IMG/VR virus record: IMGVR_UViG_3300043570_001980
Coordinates: 124,001-188,000 of that record
Length of the DNA stretch: 64,000 nt
Direction: 5' to 3' (one strand)
The first letter of the stretch is position 1. The number at the start of each line of letters is the position of its first letter. Both the position numbers and the translations under genes were made by a program. Positions 43,209 to 53,266 of the stretch are shown here, piece by piece. Under the pieces are notes generated by a model. It was not told the DNA's origin, ran no database searches, and saw only the letters and a program-made list of their open reading frames with translations.

Positions 43209-44400
43209 TTGTTTTAGCCAACTCTGAATGATGTTGATTTAAATCTTGGCTTCTTCGTAGATCTATTTCTTTAATTTTTTCACGTAGTAAAGAACCATCA
43301 AGACTTGTTCCTTGCATCATAAATTGAATAATTTTTTCAAACTCCTGTTTTGTATTACCTAGAGTTGCTGTACTTTCCAATTTTTGTTTGACATATTGTT
43401 TTGACAGTTCAGGCAATGATCCTATGCTAAAATAATATGCTTCGTGCAACATATTCCAATAGATAAAATCAAAACTAGCCAACTTGTGCCAGGCCGCAAG
43501 CTCTTCAAGATACAGCACATTAAAAACATTAACAGTACTACAACATTGTAACTGTAGGTTAGGCATTGTAGATTGTAACAATTTAAACTTGTTAATGTTT
43601 TCGTTTACTTCTTTCCAACTAGCATTCATGCGTTGGTATTCAAATCTTGGTCCTACGTCATCTATGCTAAATGCAACTTCAACTGTTTTAAAGTGTCGCC
43701 AAATGTCAGGCGCACGTTCAGGAACTATGGTTCCGTTTGTATTGTAATGTATCTCTACTTGTCCAGCAATTCCTCTGTCTATAATTCCTTGTAACATATC
43801 AAAATGTTCGCTGATCATAAAAGGTTCGCCACCGGTGAATTCTATATAGTGTATGTCAGATAGGCATTGATCAATTTGTTGCCAAAATTGTTTATTTTCT
43901 CTTGGCCAACTACCAGCACGTAGCATCTGATAGGCAAATGTTTTTTTACGATCTTGGTGTGGTACAGCCATCATTTCTTCTGTTGCATACGAACTTGATG
44001 ACCACGAACCACATATACGGCATTTAAGATTACAGATATTTCCTAGTTTTAAATCCAAGAACATCATTGGTTTTTCATCTTCACTCCAGGACTGATTGCC
44101 AACAATATGTTTTAATCGATCAATAGTGTGCATTCGTTTACTTGTTCTACCTGAATCTTCTTCGTTCCAACACTTCTTACAGGTATTAGGTTTTTGTCCT
44201 GTCAGGAATTGCTGTCTAAGATTTTTCATGTAATCTGAATTTCTTATTTCAACGAAGTCGGCTTTGGTCAATTCAAATTTATTGCCATCATTGTCAATTA
44301 TTTCATCTTCGGCAAGACAGCAAGGACGTACAGTCCCGATGGGACTAGCTTCTAAACTGATCCAAGGCAGTACACAAAATTTATCCTGTGGTAATTTCAT
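43195..44400 (-). CDS. Radical SAM protein with an N-terminal twitch/SPASM-like domain
   Basis: CVLPW..PCC..CKKC; CNLKCRIC; GGEP. Confidence 0.9.
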   Translation of the reverse strand: MKLPQDKFCVLPWISLEASPIGTVRPCCLAEDEIIDNDGNKFELTKADFVEIRNSDYMKNLRQQFLTGQKPNTCKKCWNEEDSGRTSKRMHTIDRLKHIVGNQSWSEDEKPMMFLDLKLGNICNLKCRICGSWSSSSYATEEMMAVPHQDRKKTFAYQMLRAGSWPRENKQFWQQIDQCLSDIHYIEFTGGEPFMISEHFDMLQGIIDRGIAGQVEIHYNTNGTIVPERAPDIWRHFKTVEVAFSIDDVGPRFEYQRMNASWKEVNENINKFKLLQSTMPNLQLQCCSTVNVFNVLYLEELAAWHKLASFDFIYWNMLHEAYYFSIGSLPELSKQYVKQKLESTATLGNTKQEFEKIIQFMMQGTSLDGSLLREKIKEIDLRRSQDLNQHHSELAKTIAYE

Positions 44401-45662
44401 TTTAATGCCGTTAATTCTGGGATGATATCCAAGATGTTTTCGTTTCTAATACCGTCCAGATCATGCGTCTTACGCCAAAATTGATCTATTAACTGTGTGT
44501 TATCCGTGGCATTCATAAAGGTGATTGCACTTTTAAAACCTTGTGTGGCACGACCCAACGGATCTCCTACTTGTGTCAACCATTCGATATGATCATAATA
44601 CTGTGCTGTGAGTCTCTCTTTGTAGTTAGCAGGAGCAATATCAATTCTATAATGCACAGGATCTTGTAAAATGTTTACATTAAGATCCTGTGGTTTTAGT
44701 AGGCCTTGTTGTACCCATGCACGATGGAATTGTGTTAAATGCATGGCATTCATAATACTTAATGTAGGACTGATATAAAAATCCACGCCTGGACAGATTT
44801 CAATCATGTCTCTGCGATTTTGTTCTACCACTGCCCAATCAGTGCCTTTGCGTATGTATTCCGCACGTGGTCCCATTGCATCTAAACTTGCGCCAACTGC
44901 AACCGAATTAAATTGTTTCCAGTACTCAAATACGCTATTACCTTTAAGGTCTGTGTGCGTGAAGTTGGTGTTGTATATCAGTCTAACATCAAAGCGGCCA
45001 CGTTTGACCAGTTCGTCAAGAATGTTATAGTGCTCTTCCATCAGCAAGGGTTCGCCGCCAGCAAAGTAAATCTGCTCCACATAGTCCAGGTGTGGCTCTA
45101 GTTGTTGCCACATGTCTGTTTCGGTGCGGCCGGCATAGTTGAGTACTTTATTACGATCTTTCCAATCACCGCCGGCCAGTTTGGCCTGGTCTTGATACCA
45201 CTGTGAACTAAAGATGTGTCCACATGATCTGCACTTTAAGTTGCACAAATTACTAAAGCGAATGTCCCAGTAAGTCATTTCAAAGGGATTTTCTTCCAGT
45301 TTCTTTATCTGATGTCCGTGATGCTTGTTGGCGCTTTTGCGGCCACTAAAGAATCCAGATTCTTCTTGTTCATAACAGCGTGTGCAGGCGGCGTGTGGAG
45401 TTTCGCTCAACATGTCTGCACGTAGTTTCTGCATGGGTTTGTCGCGCCATATTTCTTCTAGTGTGTTTGTGCGACAATTACCCACAACACCGGGCTTCAT
45501 TTCAGCATGACAGCAAGGATATGCTTCTCCGGTGGGATAAGCGTGTAAATGTATCCAGGGATAGATGCAGAACGTTTTAGAATCTTCTAATAGAAAACGC
45601 TCACGCTCGGTGAGTTCTGTAGAACGCACTAGGTCTGTACTGTTATACTTGTATTGAGTCAT
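44397..45662 (-). CDS. Radical SAM protein with an N-terminal twitch/SPASM-like domain
   Basis: CIYPW..PCC..CTRC; CNLKCRSC; GGEP; start reassigned to MTQY. Confidence 0.9.
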   Translation of the reverse strand: MTQYKYNSTDLVRSTELTERERFLLEDSKTFCIYPWIHLHAYPTGEAYPCCHAEMKPGVVGNCRTNTLEEIWRDKPMQKLRADMLSETPHAACTRCYEQEESGFFSGRKSANKHHGHQIKKLEENPFEMTYWDIRFSNLCNLKCRSCGHIFSSQWYQDQAKLAGGDWKDRNKVLNYAGRTETDMWQQLEPHLDYVEQIYFAGGEPLLMEEHYNILDELVKRGRFDVRLIYNTNFTHTDLKGNSVFEYWKQFNSVAVGASLDAMGPRAEYIRKGTDWAVVEQNRRDMIEICPGVDFYISPTLSIMNAMHLTQFHRAWVQQGLLKPQDLNVNILQDPVHYRIDIAPANYKERLTAQYYDHIEWLTQVGDPLGRATQGFKSAITFMNATDNTQLIDQFWRKTHDLDGIRNENILDIIPELTALK

Positions 45663-46974
45663 ACCATTCTTTAAGATTAGGAAATGCCTGAGCAAAATCT
45701 TTACCGCGGCGCTGATCATATTGTGCATGAAACTTGTAAAAATCATTCAGCAATTTAGGCATGTCAAACGCATCCGAGTGCGGAGTTTTTACCACGTCTA
45801 GATAATCAATTAATCGCTGAGTGTGATTAATTTCGTGTTCGTGCAAATAGCTGTGACCTTTGTGTTTACCCATCCAGTCAATTAAATCTTGTTTGTATTG
45901 ATTTCTTAAAGATTCACCGAGTACCAATGCACTTTGGAAACTGGGGAATCGCAGGATATTCAGTGTAAAATTAATATAGTCACGACCGTAGATTTTTTTC
46001 CATTCAATCAGTTGGTCTAAATGTTTAGGAAGGCTATCCAGGCACAAAGCATTAATAGTACACATACAATGTACCACTATACCAGCATCCAATAGTTTCA
46101 GCACATTAGCACACCACGCTTGATAGTCTAGACCGTCTCGAATGTATTCTGCTTGTGTACCCACTGCTTCCATGCTTGTGTATATTTCTACTTGCAAGCC
46201 TTTAATACTGTCTAGTAAACGATCTATGTCTACTTCAGCACCTAAATTTGAATTAATTGCCAATTGTGTGTGGCTACGCCCGGGATTGTTTTTAAACCAG
46301 TCAATCAGTTTCCAGGTCTCACCTGACATCAATGGCTCACCACCGGTTATTCTGAGCTCCTGAAGAGTTTGGTGGAGGTCGCTTTCCCACCAAGCAAAGA
46401 ATGCGTCCACATAAGGATTTTGTTCTCCAAACTTGTAAAGTTGGGAGGCAGCGTGATCATGAGTAAAATGATTCCTGCCATCGCTAACCAAGCCCTGGTA
46501 AGCGCCGTTGTTTCGTATATCTTTAACCCATGTACTACTAAAAGCAGGATTACAGTAGCTACAAGCAAACTGGCAAGTGCGATCAAACGCAATCTCTAGT
46601 GTTCGAAGATTGATGTCATTGCTGGCCGGAGTGCGGAAAGCATGATTTAAGTCCTCTATAGGGTAAATTTTACTTTTGTATACACGGTCACTGATTGCAT
46701 CTCGGCCAATGTCTTCAATTTTCCAGCAGTATTCACAACCGCTAGGACGCTCACCTTTCTGCATCATTTCTCTATCGGCTTTTTTTCTCTGTGTGTTATG
46801 TAACGCTGATGGGTTGCGTTTAATATCATCTACATCAATAGCGTGTGCCGGTGGATGATGACAGCTAGTTGTTTGGCCTGATCCTAGCCATATAGTAGCA
46901 TTGTACCATTTGGCCGCACAGAAACTAGAACTTTTGGTATCTAATATTTGTTGTCGGAATTCTAAATCATTCAT
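45643..46974 (-). CDS. Radical SAM protein with an N-terminal twitch-like domain
   Basis: CAAKW..SCHHP..CEYC; CQFACSYC; GGEP; start reassigned to MNDL. Confidence 0.9.
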   Translation of the reverse strand: MNDLEFRQQILDTKSSSFCAAKWYNATIWLGSGQTTSCHHPPAHAIDVDDIKRNPSALHNTQRKKADREMMQKGERPSGCEYCWKIEDIGRDAISDRVYKSKIYPIEDLNHAFRTPASNDINLRTLEIAFDRTCQFACSYCNPAFSSTWVKDIRNNGAYQGLVSDGRNHFTHDHAASQLYKFGEQNPYVDAFFAWWESDLHQTLQELRITGGEPLMSGETWKLIDWFKNNPGRSHTQLAINSNLGAEVDIDRLLDSIKGLQVEIYTSMEAVGTQAEYIRDGLDYQAWCANVLKLLDAGIVVHCMCTINALCLDSLPKHLDQLIEWKKIYGRDYINFTLNILRFPSFQSALVLGESLRNQYKQDLIDWMGKHKGHSYLHEHEINHTQRLIDYLDVVKTPHSDAFDMPKLLNDFYKFHAQYDQRRGKDFAQAFPNLKEWYDSIQV

Positions 46975-48118
46975 CGAAGTGACTTTGTTTAATAAATTGC
47001 AGGAATCGTCTAGGAAATTCTTTACGCACAGTTTGGCGCATTTCAAGCAGATGTTGTTGATTGTATTTACATACATTATAACACGATTTGAGGAATTCAT
47101 CAAGATCTTGCTTACACAAATCTTCAACTATTTGTGTAATACGTGTGAGTCTATCCTGCGTATTGTCAATTTCATCAAAACTTTCATCAATCACATGTGA
47201 AAATGTTTGAAATCCTAGATTGCGCATGTCTCGATAGTATCCTCGATTGGCTGCCGCTATCCACGGGTGTCCAATAGCCACAGGTTTCCAAATTTTTTCA
47301 GTTCTAAAACTATACGGATAGTCACATACTGTTTCGGAAACTAGACTAAAATATGTATCAATATAAGGTTCTGCTTTGAGATAGATTTCTCCCCATTCTT
47401 GATCAAACAGATTGTGTTTAATAAAGCCTAATTTGGGCACTAGATCAATGTTGTTACAATAACGATCAACTTCGTATTTGGATGGCAACAGGTGTGGTTC
47501 TCTCAAAGTAAACATCTGATCCTGCCCATTAAATGGCACAGATAAATTTGAGTACATACTTTTTCTTGATTCAAGACTAGTCCACAGACTTTGATCTAAC
47601 AGTCCCATTAAATCAAGTTTTTCTATTAGGAATTTTCTATGTCCTCTCAAGCGGCCATTTAAAAACAAAAATTTAAAAGGCTTGTTGGGCGTGGAGTACA
47701 AGGCCTCTGACCGATTAATCTCTATTAGATTTTGTTTATAGTCATGTATCTTGGGCAAGAAACTATCATAGACTAAACACGGCCAGTCTGGCTCCATGTC
47801 TCCGCCACCGATTAATAAAATACGCCCTTGCACAACAAGATCGGCAATGTTATGCACACTCTCACAATGTGCTTTTAACGTTTCGCTACCTTCAGCTGGA
47901 TTGCTTAATACAACACGTATAGTGTCAGATTCAACTAACTCACGAATTCTCTCTTTATTCAAATTAAATTGTGTTCGACCTATAATATAAATTGCACCCG
48001 GAACAATAGTGTGATTACTAAAATCATAAAAAGACTCATCTTCCCAGGGTAGTAGTTGATCGTAGACTTCGCAAAATGTATCTAGAATAAGTTTACGTTT
48101 GTCTAGCATGGTACTCAC
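46967..48118 (-). CDS. Glycosyltransferase-like protein, ET..TEK family
   Basis: FSLVSET...RTEKIWKPV...GFQTF...DESFD. Confidence 0.6.
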   Translation of the reverse strand: MSTMLDKRKLILDTFCEVYDQLLPWEDESFYDFSNHTIVPGAIYIIGRTQFNLNKERIRELVESDTIRVVLSNPAEGSETLKAHCESVHNIADLVVQGRILLIGGGDMEPDWPCLVYDSFLPKIHDYKQNLIEINRSEALYSTPNKPFKFLFLNGRLRGHRKFLIEKLDLMGLLDQSLWTSLESRKSMYSNLSVPFNGQDQMFTLREPHLLPSKYEVDRYCNNIDLVPKLGFIKHNLFDQEWGEIYLKAEPYIDTYFSLVSETVCDYPYSFRTEKIWKPVAIGHPWIAAANRGYYRDMRNLGFQTFSHVIDESFDEIDNTQDRLTRITQIVEDLCKQDLDEFLKSCYNVCKYNQQHLLEMRQTVRKEFPRRFLQFIKQSHFDE

Positions 48119-49508
48119 ATTCTTTCCACCAATCTGACATTTCAGGAAATGTTTTTAAAAAATCTGTTCCTCGTCGAGAGTCGTGTTCGTTAAAAAATCT
48201 ATAAAAATCAGCACGATTTTTATTAACGTAACCTTGTTGCAACTTCTGTCCATCTTTCATCCAGGCAATATCTCTGCGCAGGCGTTGTACTTCGTAGTCT
48301 TTAAATCCGTGAAATGGGTTGCTAGGGGTTTCTAAATTAATTTCCATCCAATCAGCAATTCGTTCAAGTATGCTTGCATAGGCTGGTGGAAGTATTTGTA
48401 GACTTTGCCAGGTTGGTTGTCTAAGAAGAGGCGTATCAAACCAAACACGCTGATAGGTATGGCTATGTTGTTTTCGTAATTCTAATATCCATTCCAATTG
48501 TGTTTTTAACCCTAACACACTTAGATTGTTCATGGTAATAATAAATGTCAAACTATTACGATTAGGAATGTCCAACAAGAAATGATTTACACGGCTTTGC
48601 ACACGATAAAAATCCATGCCATGGCGAATGTATTCAGCATGCTCTGGTATGCCTGAATCCAAACTAACATACTGCATAAAATGTTCAATGTTGGTGTTAC
48701 ATAACTGTTTAACATAATCAAAATACTTGTTCCATAACTGCGGTTCTACGCTAAAGTTACTGGTAACATTTAAATGCAACTCAGGGTTGGGTAGTGCTAG
48801 CACATAGTCAAATACCTTGTAGGTATTTTTATCCATTAGAGGCTCGCCACCAGTCATGCGAAAATGTTTTAGTTTAGGATATAATGTAGGCCACCACTTC
48901 CAGAACGCTTCCACATAAGGGTTCTCGTGACTAGCTGGTATAGGTCGATTGCGGCCAGTGAAGTGGCTAGGATCATTATGGATAATACTAGTAGGATATC
49001 CGCCTGAGCGTTGTACTTCTGCTTGCCAGGTGCTACTAAATTGTGGACTGCAATAGCTACAAGATAGATTACAAGCGTGATTAAAATTAACTTCGACATA
49101 ACTAGGCACAACATCTTCATTGCCTGTTGAGTTTTTTATTTGTTCAAAATCCATTGCGGCCCAAGGTTCACCGCTACGATAGTGTCTATCACTTAGTTTT
49201 CCTAGATCCTCCATGGTCCAGCAATAACTACACTCCGAAGGTCGCTCGCCGTTGAGCATCATTTTACGCTGTTCTTTTTTATATGGAGTATTGTGTAATG
49301 CTCCAGGATTATGTCCAATTTCTTCTATGGGTATTCTATGCAATGGTGGATGATAACAACTGTTGTTCATTCCGGTGGGCAGATGAAGGCTAACTTGTTT
49401 CCACTTGGCCAAACACAAGCTAGGTCCTAGCACAGTTTTCATATCTTCTGCAGAACTTAAAAATTCAGATTTAAAGTCTGTTAATTTTGTGTCAACTTTA
49501 TTATTCAT
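48093..49508 (-). CDS. Radical SAM protein with an N-terminal twitch-like domain
   Basis: CLAKW..SCYHP..CSYC; CNLSCSYC; GGEP. Confidence 0.9.
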   Translation of the reverse strand: MNNKVDTKLTDFKSEFLSSAEDMKTVLGPSLCLAKWKQVSLHLPTGMNNSCYHPPLHRIPIEEIGHNPGALHNTPYKKEQRKMMLNGERPSECSYCWTMEDLGKLSDRHYRSGEPWAAMDFEQIKNSTGNEDVVPSYVEVNFNHACNLSCSYCSPQFSSTWQAEVQRSGGYPTSIIHNDPSHFTGRNRPIPASHENPYVEAFWKWWPTLYPKLKHFRMTGGEPLMDKNTYKVFDYVLALPNPELHLNVTSNFSVEPQLWNKYFDYVKQLCNTNIEHFMQYVSLDSGIPEHAEYIRHGMDFYRVQSRVNHFLLDIPNRNSLTFIITMNNLSVLGLKTQLEWILELRKQHSHTYQRVWFDTPLLRQPTWQSLQILPPAYASILERIADWMEINLETPSNPFHGFKDYEVQRLRRDIAWMKDGQKLQQGYVNKNRADFYRFFNEHDSRRGTDFLKTFPEMSDWWKECEYHARQT

Positions 49509-50073
49509 TTAAAATATTTTGTAAAAAATCAAAAAGTTGCTCGGTACCTTTAACATTTAGATGTCCGTCATCAAGTCGACCATTTGGACCAATCATGGGA
49601 TATTCTAACTGGCGAACCGTTTTTCTGTTTTCCCAGGAAAATCCAAGAACTTTTTTGTTACAAGAATTTAAAAAACTAATTGATGTGTCGATTAACATGT
49701 CACTTAAATTTTCACTATACGGAGGACCAAAAACAGAATAAAAATATTTGTACATCTCAGTGTGTGCAATATCAAGTGTTGCTGGCTCAAGAGCCAGTCC
49801 TTTACCGTGAAACCCTGTAAAAAAATCTAAATTCTGATCGTTATATTTTAATCCAAATCTAGACGAATATGTAAAACCTAATACAAATATATCGGCATTT
49901 TGAAAATTTTGATAAGCATCAAATGCAATAGACATATTACTTTTACCTTGCCTTGAGTTGTCAATTACTTGATACCCGCCGCGAGTATTAAATAGGCTTC
50001 CTAAAGAATCTTGTCTTTTAAGACCTTGCCCGTAGGTCAAACTACATCCGTCAAGGTATAATCGTGTTACCAT
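49501..50073 (-). CDS. SGNH-like hypothetical protein
   Basis: DGCSLTYG, GKSN and DDGH motifs. Confidence 0.65.
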   Translation of the reverse strand: MVTRLYLDGCSLTYGQGLKRQDSLGSLFNTRGGYQVIDNSRQGKSNMSIAFDAYQNFQNADIFVLGFTYSSRFGLKYNDQNLDFFTGFHGKGLALEPATLDIAHTEMYKYFYSVFGPPYSENLSDMLIDTSISFLNSCNKKVLGFSWENRKTVRQLEYPMIGPNGRLDDGHLNVKGTEQLFDFLQNILNE

Positions 50074-50993
50074 CCTTCTTGTTCCCTTATTACATCTAGT
50101 TCGCGTGTCATTATACCTCGGTTGTGCCAGTTGCTCAGATAATGATGTTTAAAAAATTCACTTTCTTCTCGACCCAACACAATGACAGGTAAATCCAGTT
50201 GTTGATTTAGATCGGCAGCAATTCTATCAAACACGATTTCTGGAGTGTGATCTTTGACAGTATCCCACAAAGTTGCTAACGCATCAAAATTTTGAACTAG
50301 CCGATAATCCCAGTCGGTTAGCATGGTCATGTAAGTGCCCATTCTGCTGCCGGCAATGGCCCAGGCACCGTTTTCAGCATCAGTTCCTACATTATGCCAA
50401 ATTGTAAGATGATCAAAATTACGTTTATGCACACGATCTCTAAATTCAGCCACTGATGGTTTATGACCTTTGTCTAGGCACATCTTGACACCTTCTCTAA
50501 ATCCTGCTCGCCAGGCCTGGAACGGTGTTCCGTTTGGATAGGTAGTACTGTAACAATCATACATGGCAAAGTAATTAGGCTCAAAACAAAACTCAACAAG
50601 ACTTTCATCTCGTCCATCTGTGTTTTCATGAGTTTTCATATTCCACACAAACTCTCGAGTCCAAGAACTTAATCCTCCATTACCATACATTAATCCGTTG
50701 ATATGATTACGTGCTCTCCAACGAAACACTGAATTGTGTTTATCATCATCTTTAAAATCTAATGTTAGATTAAAAAATTTCGAATCTGGCAAATTGTCGC
50801 CGTCGATTAAAATAAATCGTTCTGTTTCGCTGACATCACCAGCGGCTTTGTGTGCGGCATCTGAGCCTTTAACACCATCCACACGTTTGGCCCAGGGAAC
50901 CATGTTTTTAATCTTGACCCAGAATTCTTCTTTCTGTGGTTCATCATAGCTGAGGTAAATCACATCAAGATCAGCAATATCAACTTGTTTCAT
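50067..50993 (-). CDS. GT-A fold glycosyltransferase-like protein
   Basis: DVIYLSYDEP, FILIDGD (DxD), YGNGG, WRAGFREG. Confidence 0.65.
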   Translation of the reverse strand: MKQVDIADLDVIYLSYDEPQKEEFWVKIKNMVPWAKRVDGVKGSDAAHKAAGDVSETERFILIDGDNLPDSKFFNLTLDFKDDDKHNSVFRWRARNHINGLMYGNGGLSSWTREFVWNMKTHENTDGRDESLVEFCFEPNYFAMYDCYSTTYPNGTPFQAWRAGFREGVKMCLDKGHKPSVAEFRDRVHKRNFDHLTIWHNVGTDAENGAWAIAGSRMGTYMTMLTDWDYRLVQNFDALATLWDTVKDHTPEIVFDRIAADLNQQLDLPVIVLGREESEFFKHHYLSNWHNRGIMTRELDVIREQEGW

Positions 50994-51327
50994 TAGTTCT
51001 TAAACTCCATTTTATATTAGGTATAGAATTATCTACAACAACACAGATATCCCTAGGATCACAGGGTATTCCTGTGTCTCCTGGCACCAATTTATTAGTG
51101 ATAGTGTGTTTTATATAGATTAATTTATTGTCGACTACTCGAACATTACTTGGCAACAAGGAAAATGTTTCTCTGTCGATTTCAATATAATTACCTGGCA
51201 CATCCTCCATGCTATAAAATAAAGGAAAGCCTGCATCATCATGATATAAACGATAAAATATTGGTTTTGGTGTCGGTAGATCCCATTCGTTGAATGCTTT
51301 CCAAAAATTTTCTGTAGTTTCATTCAT
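50980..51327 (-). CDS. Hypothetical protein
   Basis: Coupled ORF. Confidence 0.7.
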   Translation of the reverse strand: MNETTENFWKAFNEWDLPTPKPIFYRLYHDDAGFPLFYSMEDVPGNYIEIDRETFSLLPSNVRVVDNKLIYIKHTITNKLVPGDTGIPCDPRDICVVVDNSIPNIKWSLRTNETS

Positions 51328-52099
51328 TGGCTGTGGCCCAATCTTTTATATGATAATGAAAGAATCCACTTTGTGTAATTGTGTGTATCCTTAATCCAGG
51401 GTCTGCATTTTCCCAGACTAGTTCTTTGCTCCAATTGCCGGTATGTGTGGGTATAATATAACGCTTCATATGAACAATTGTAGGACCAAAATTTGTTGGT
51501 AATACACAATTCTCAATGCCGACTATTTTGGCAGCCATGGCATATACTAAATCAGTTGTAGGGATATCGTCGGGGAATTTTAATAATTTTTTAAAGGACT
51601 CCCAGTCAGAAAATATTGCCCTTACTAAATCAAAAAATTCCTTGGCTGTTTTACTCACACGCCAGTAAGTTATAGCATTGTAAACATCAGGCAAGTTGTT
51701 AGAATCAAAAACTTTTCTGTAATATCTTGACTTACTTATCTGTCCGTAAAAATCTCTACAGCCTTGACTGATTGCCACATCTTGGTGTTCAAACAATGTC
51801 CACCAGTGGTCCACAGCACTTGTGGCAATCATGTCTGCTTCTAGTTTAATAGTTTGTCTATAAGGACTAGCGGCAAATACTTGCCAGTCGTTGGCATATC
51901 CTCCTAGGTCACCGTGTGGCAACGGAATCACATGATCGAACACAGGGTCACTGCATTGTTTTACTGACAGTACAGAGATATTGGCATCTGGATGCCACTG
52001 GCGAATAGATCTAGCAAGTTGTACAGCACAACCCAAGTAGTCAACAGAGTCAGTGTCAATTGCCGGAATAAGATAACCACGTTCAGCAAGGATTGGCAA
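51320..52099 (-). CDS. GT-A (GT8-like) glycosyltransferase-like protein
   Basis: DYLGCAVQLARSI, SPYRQTIKLEAD, VHMK. Confidence 0.6.
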   Translation of the reverse strand: MPILAERGYLIPAIDTDSVDYLGCAVQLARSIRQWHPDANISVLSVKQCSDPVFDHVIPLPHGDLGGYANDWQVFAASPYRQTIKLEADMIATSAVDHWWTLFEHQDVAISQGCRDFYGQISKSRYYRKVFDSNNLPDVYNAITYWRVSKTAKEFFDLVRAIFSDWESFKKLLKFPDDIPTTDLVYAMAAKIVGIENCVLPTNFGPTIVHMKRYIIPTHTGNWSKELVWENADPGLRIHTITQSGFFHYHIKDWATANE

Positions 52100-52889
52100 C
52101 GATGGCTCCTAGTTGTTGTTTGCCCATGGCGTGAAAGTCACAGTTTTTAATATCCACCCAACGAGGTTTTCCTTCACTGTTATTAAAATCAATTCTATAA
52201 TAGTCTTGACTAACTTGTGACAGTTTATGTGAAGGTGTTACACTGGCCAAACTCCAGGGAATTGCTGGATGATCCGTTGTGTGTCCATTTAACATGCAAA
52301 GAGAAATACTTAGTGCATGGTCGTTACGATAAACAGACCTACCTGTTCCGTAGATATTTTTATAATGTTGCCAATTTTGTTTAATCATTGTCATTGACTC
52401 AAATAGCAATTGTGATTCTTGGCTGCGTTTAAAATACATCACTGTGGCCCACCACATGGGCATTTTATGTCGACCGAAATAATTTAAATCTTCAAAGTCT
52501 TGTGTGCCTGTGAGGTCGTAGGCCCACCGATGACATAAAAAATTTTGAGTTGTATTCAATGCACATTTTAATTGATTACTAGCTACTACATAATCGGCGT
52601 CAAGCACTAATGTGTTATCCCAGGGACTTAGACTATATGCATCGGTTCTGTTAGAATTAAACCACGGTACAGACTTACCAATGTCATCAAAGAAACGATA
52701 GCCGCCGGCATCAGTTGATGCAGTGATCACTTGATCAAACTTATTAAGATAACCCGAATCGGACACGTTGGTGACCACTGCTACCGGAATACCCAGGTGA
52801 CGTTTTATATTATCAGCTGACCAGGCCGCTAGGGCAAGATAATCAATGTTGCTGTTGTTGAATGCAAAGATCAACGCACCAGTTGTCAT
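52083..52889 (-). CDS. GT-A (GT8-like) glycosyltransferase-like protein
   Basis: DYLALA, SPWDNTLVLDADY (DxD), RND, HAMGK. Confidence 0.65.
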   Translation of the reverse strand: MTTGALIFAFNNSNIDYLALAAWSADNIKRHLGIPVAVVTNVSDSGYLNKFDQVITASTDAGGYRFFDDIGKSVPWFNSNRTDAYSLSPWDNTLVLDADYVVASNQLKCALNTTQNFLCHRWAYDLTGTQDFEDLNYFGRHKMPMWWATVMYFKRSQESQLLFESMTMIKQNWQHYKNIYGTGRSVYRNDHALSISLCMLNGHTTDHPAIPWSLASVTPSHKLSQVSQDYYRIDFNNSEGKPRWVDIKNCDFHAMGKQQLGAIVANPC

Positions 52890-53194
52890 CTTTTTTTGCC
52901 TAATTCTTCATACTCGAGTAACCATGCATTCATTTGTTCCTGCCAGCGACCAAGGGCCAAGTATTGTAATTCTGTTGGATTGATTTTTACAGGATTACCA
53001 TACAAATCTAAAATTACAATATCATCGTCCACTGAGCAGGCATGTAACAATGTCAATAACTCAGGACCTGCCTGCCACATTCCTCCGTTATAAGCAAATA
53101 TCATTTTGCCCTGGTACTTTTCTTTAAGGATGCGTTTTGTGGCCGCATGTTCAAAACGGGCACGTGAGTGTGCAATCAAGTTGTCATTATTCAT
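52886..53194 (-). CDS. Hypothetical protein (possible tail-fibre assembly factor)
   Basis: First gene after the structural block; coupled to the GT gene. Confidence 0.6.
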   Translation of the reverse strand: MNNDNLIAHSRARFEHAATKRILKEKYQGKMIFAYNGGMWQAGPELLTLLHACSVDDDIVILDLYGNPVKINPTELQYLALGRWQEQMNAWLLEYEELGKKR

Positions 53195-53219
53195 ATAGTC
53201 AATTATACAGGGTATATTG

Positions 53220-53248
53220 AAAAAAGTAAAGGGCCCAGAGGCCCTTTT
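53220..53248 (-). terminator. Intrinsic terminator (possibly bidirectional)
   Basis: AAAGGGCC-caga-GGCCCTTT with flanking A/T tracts. Confidence 0.7.
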
Positions 53249-53266
53249 GGTAAGATCGTTACAATA

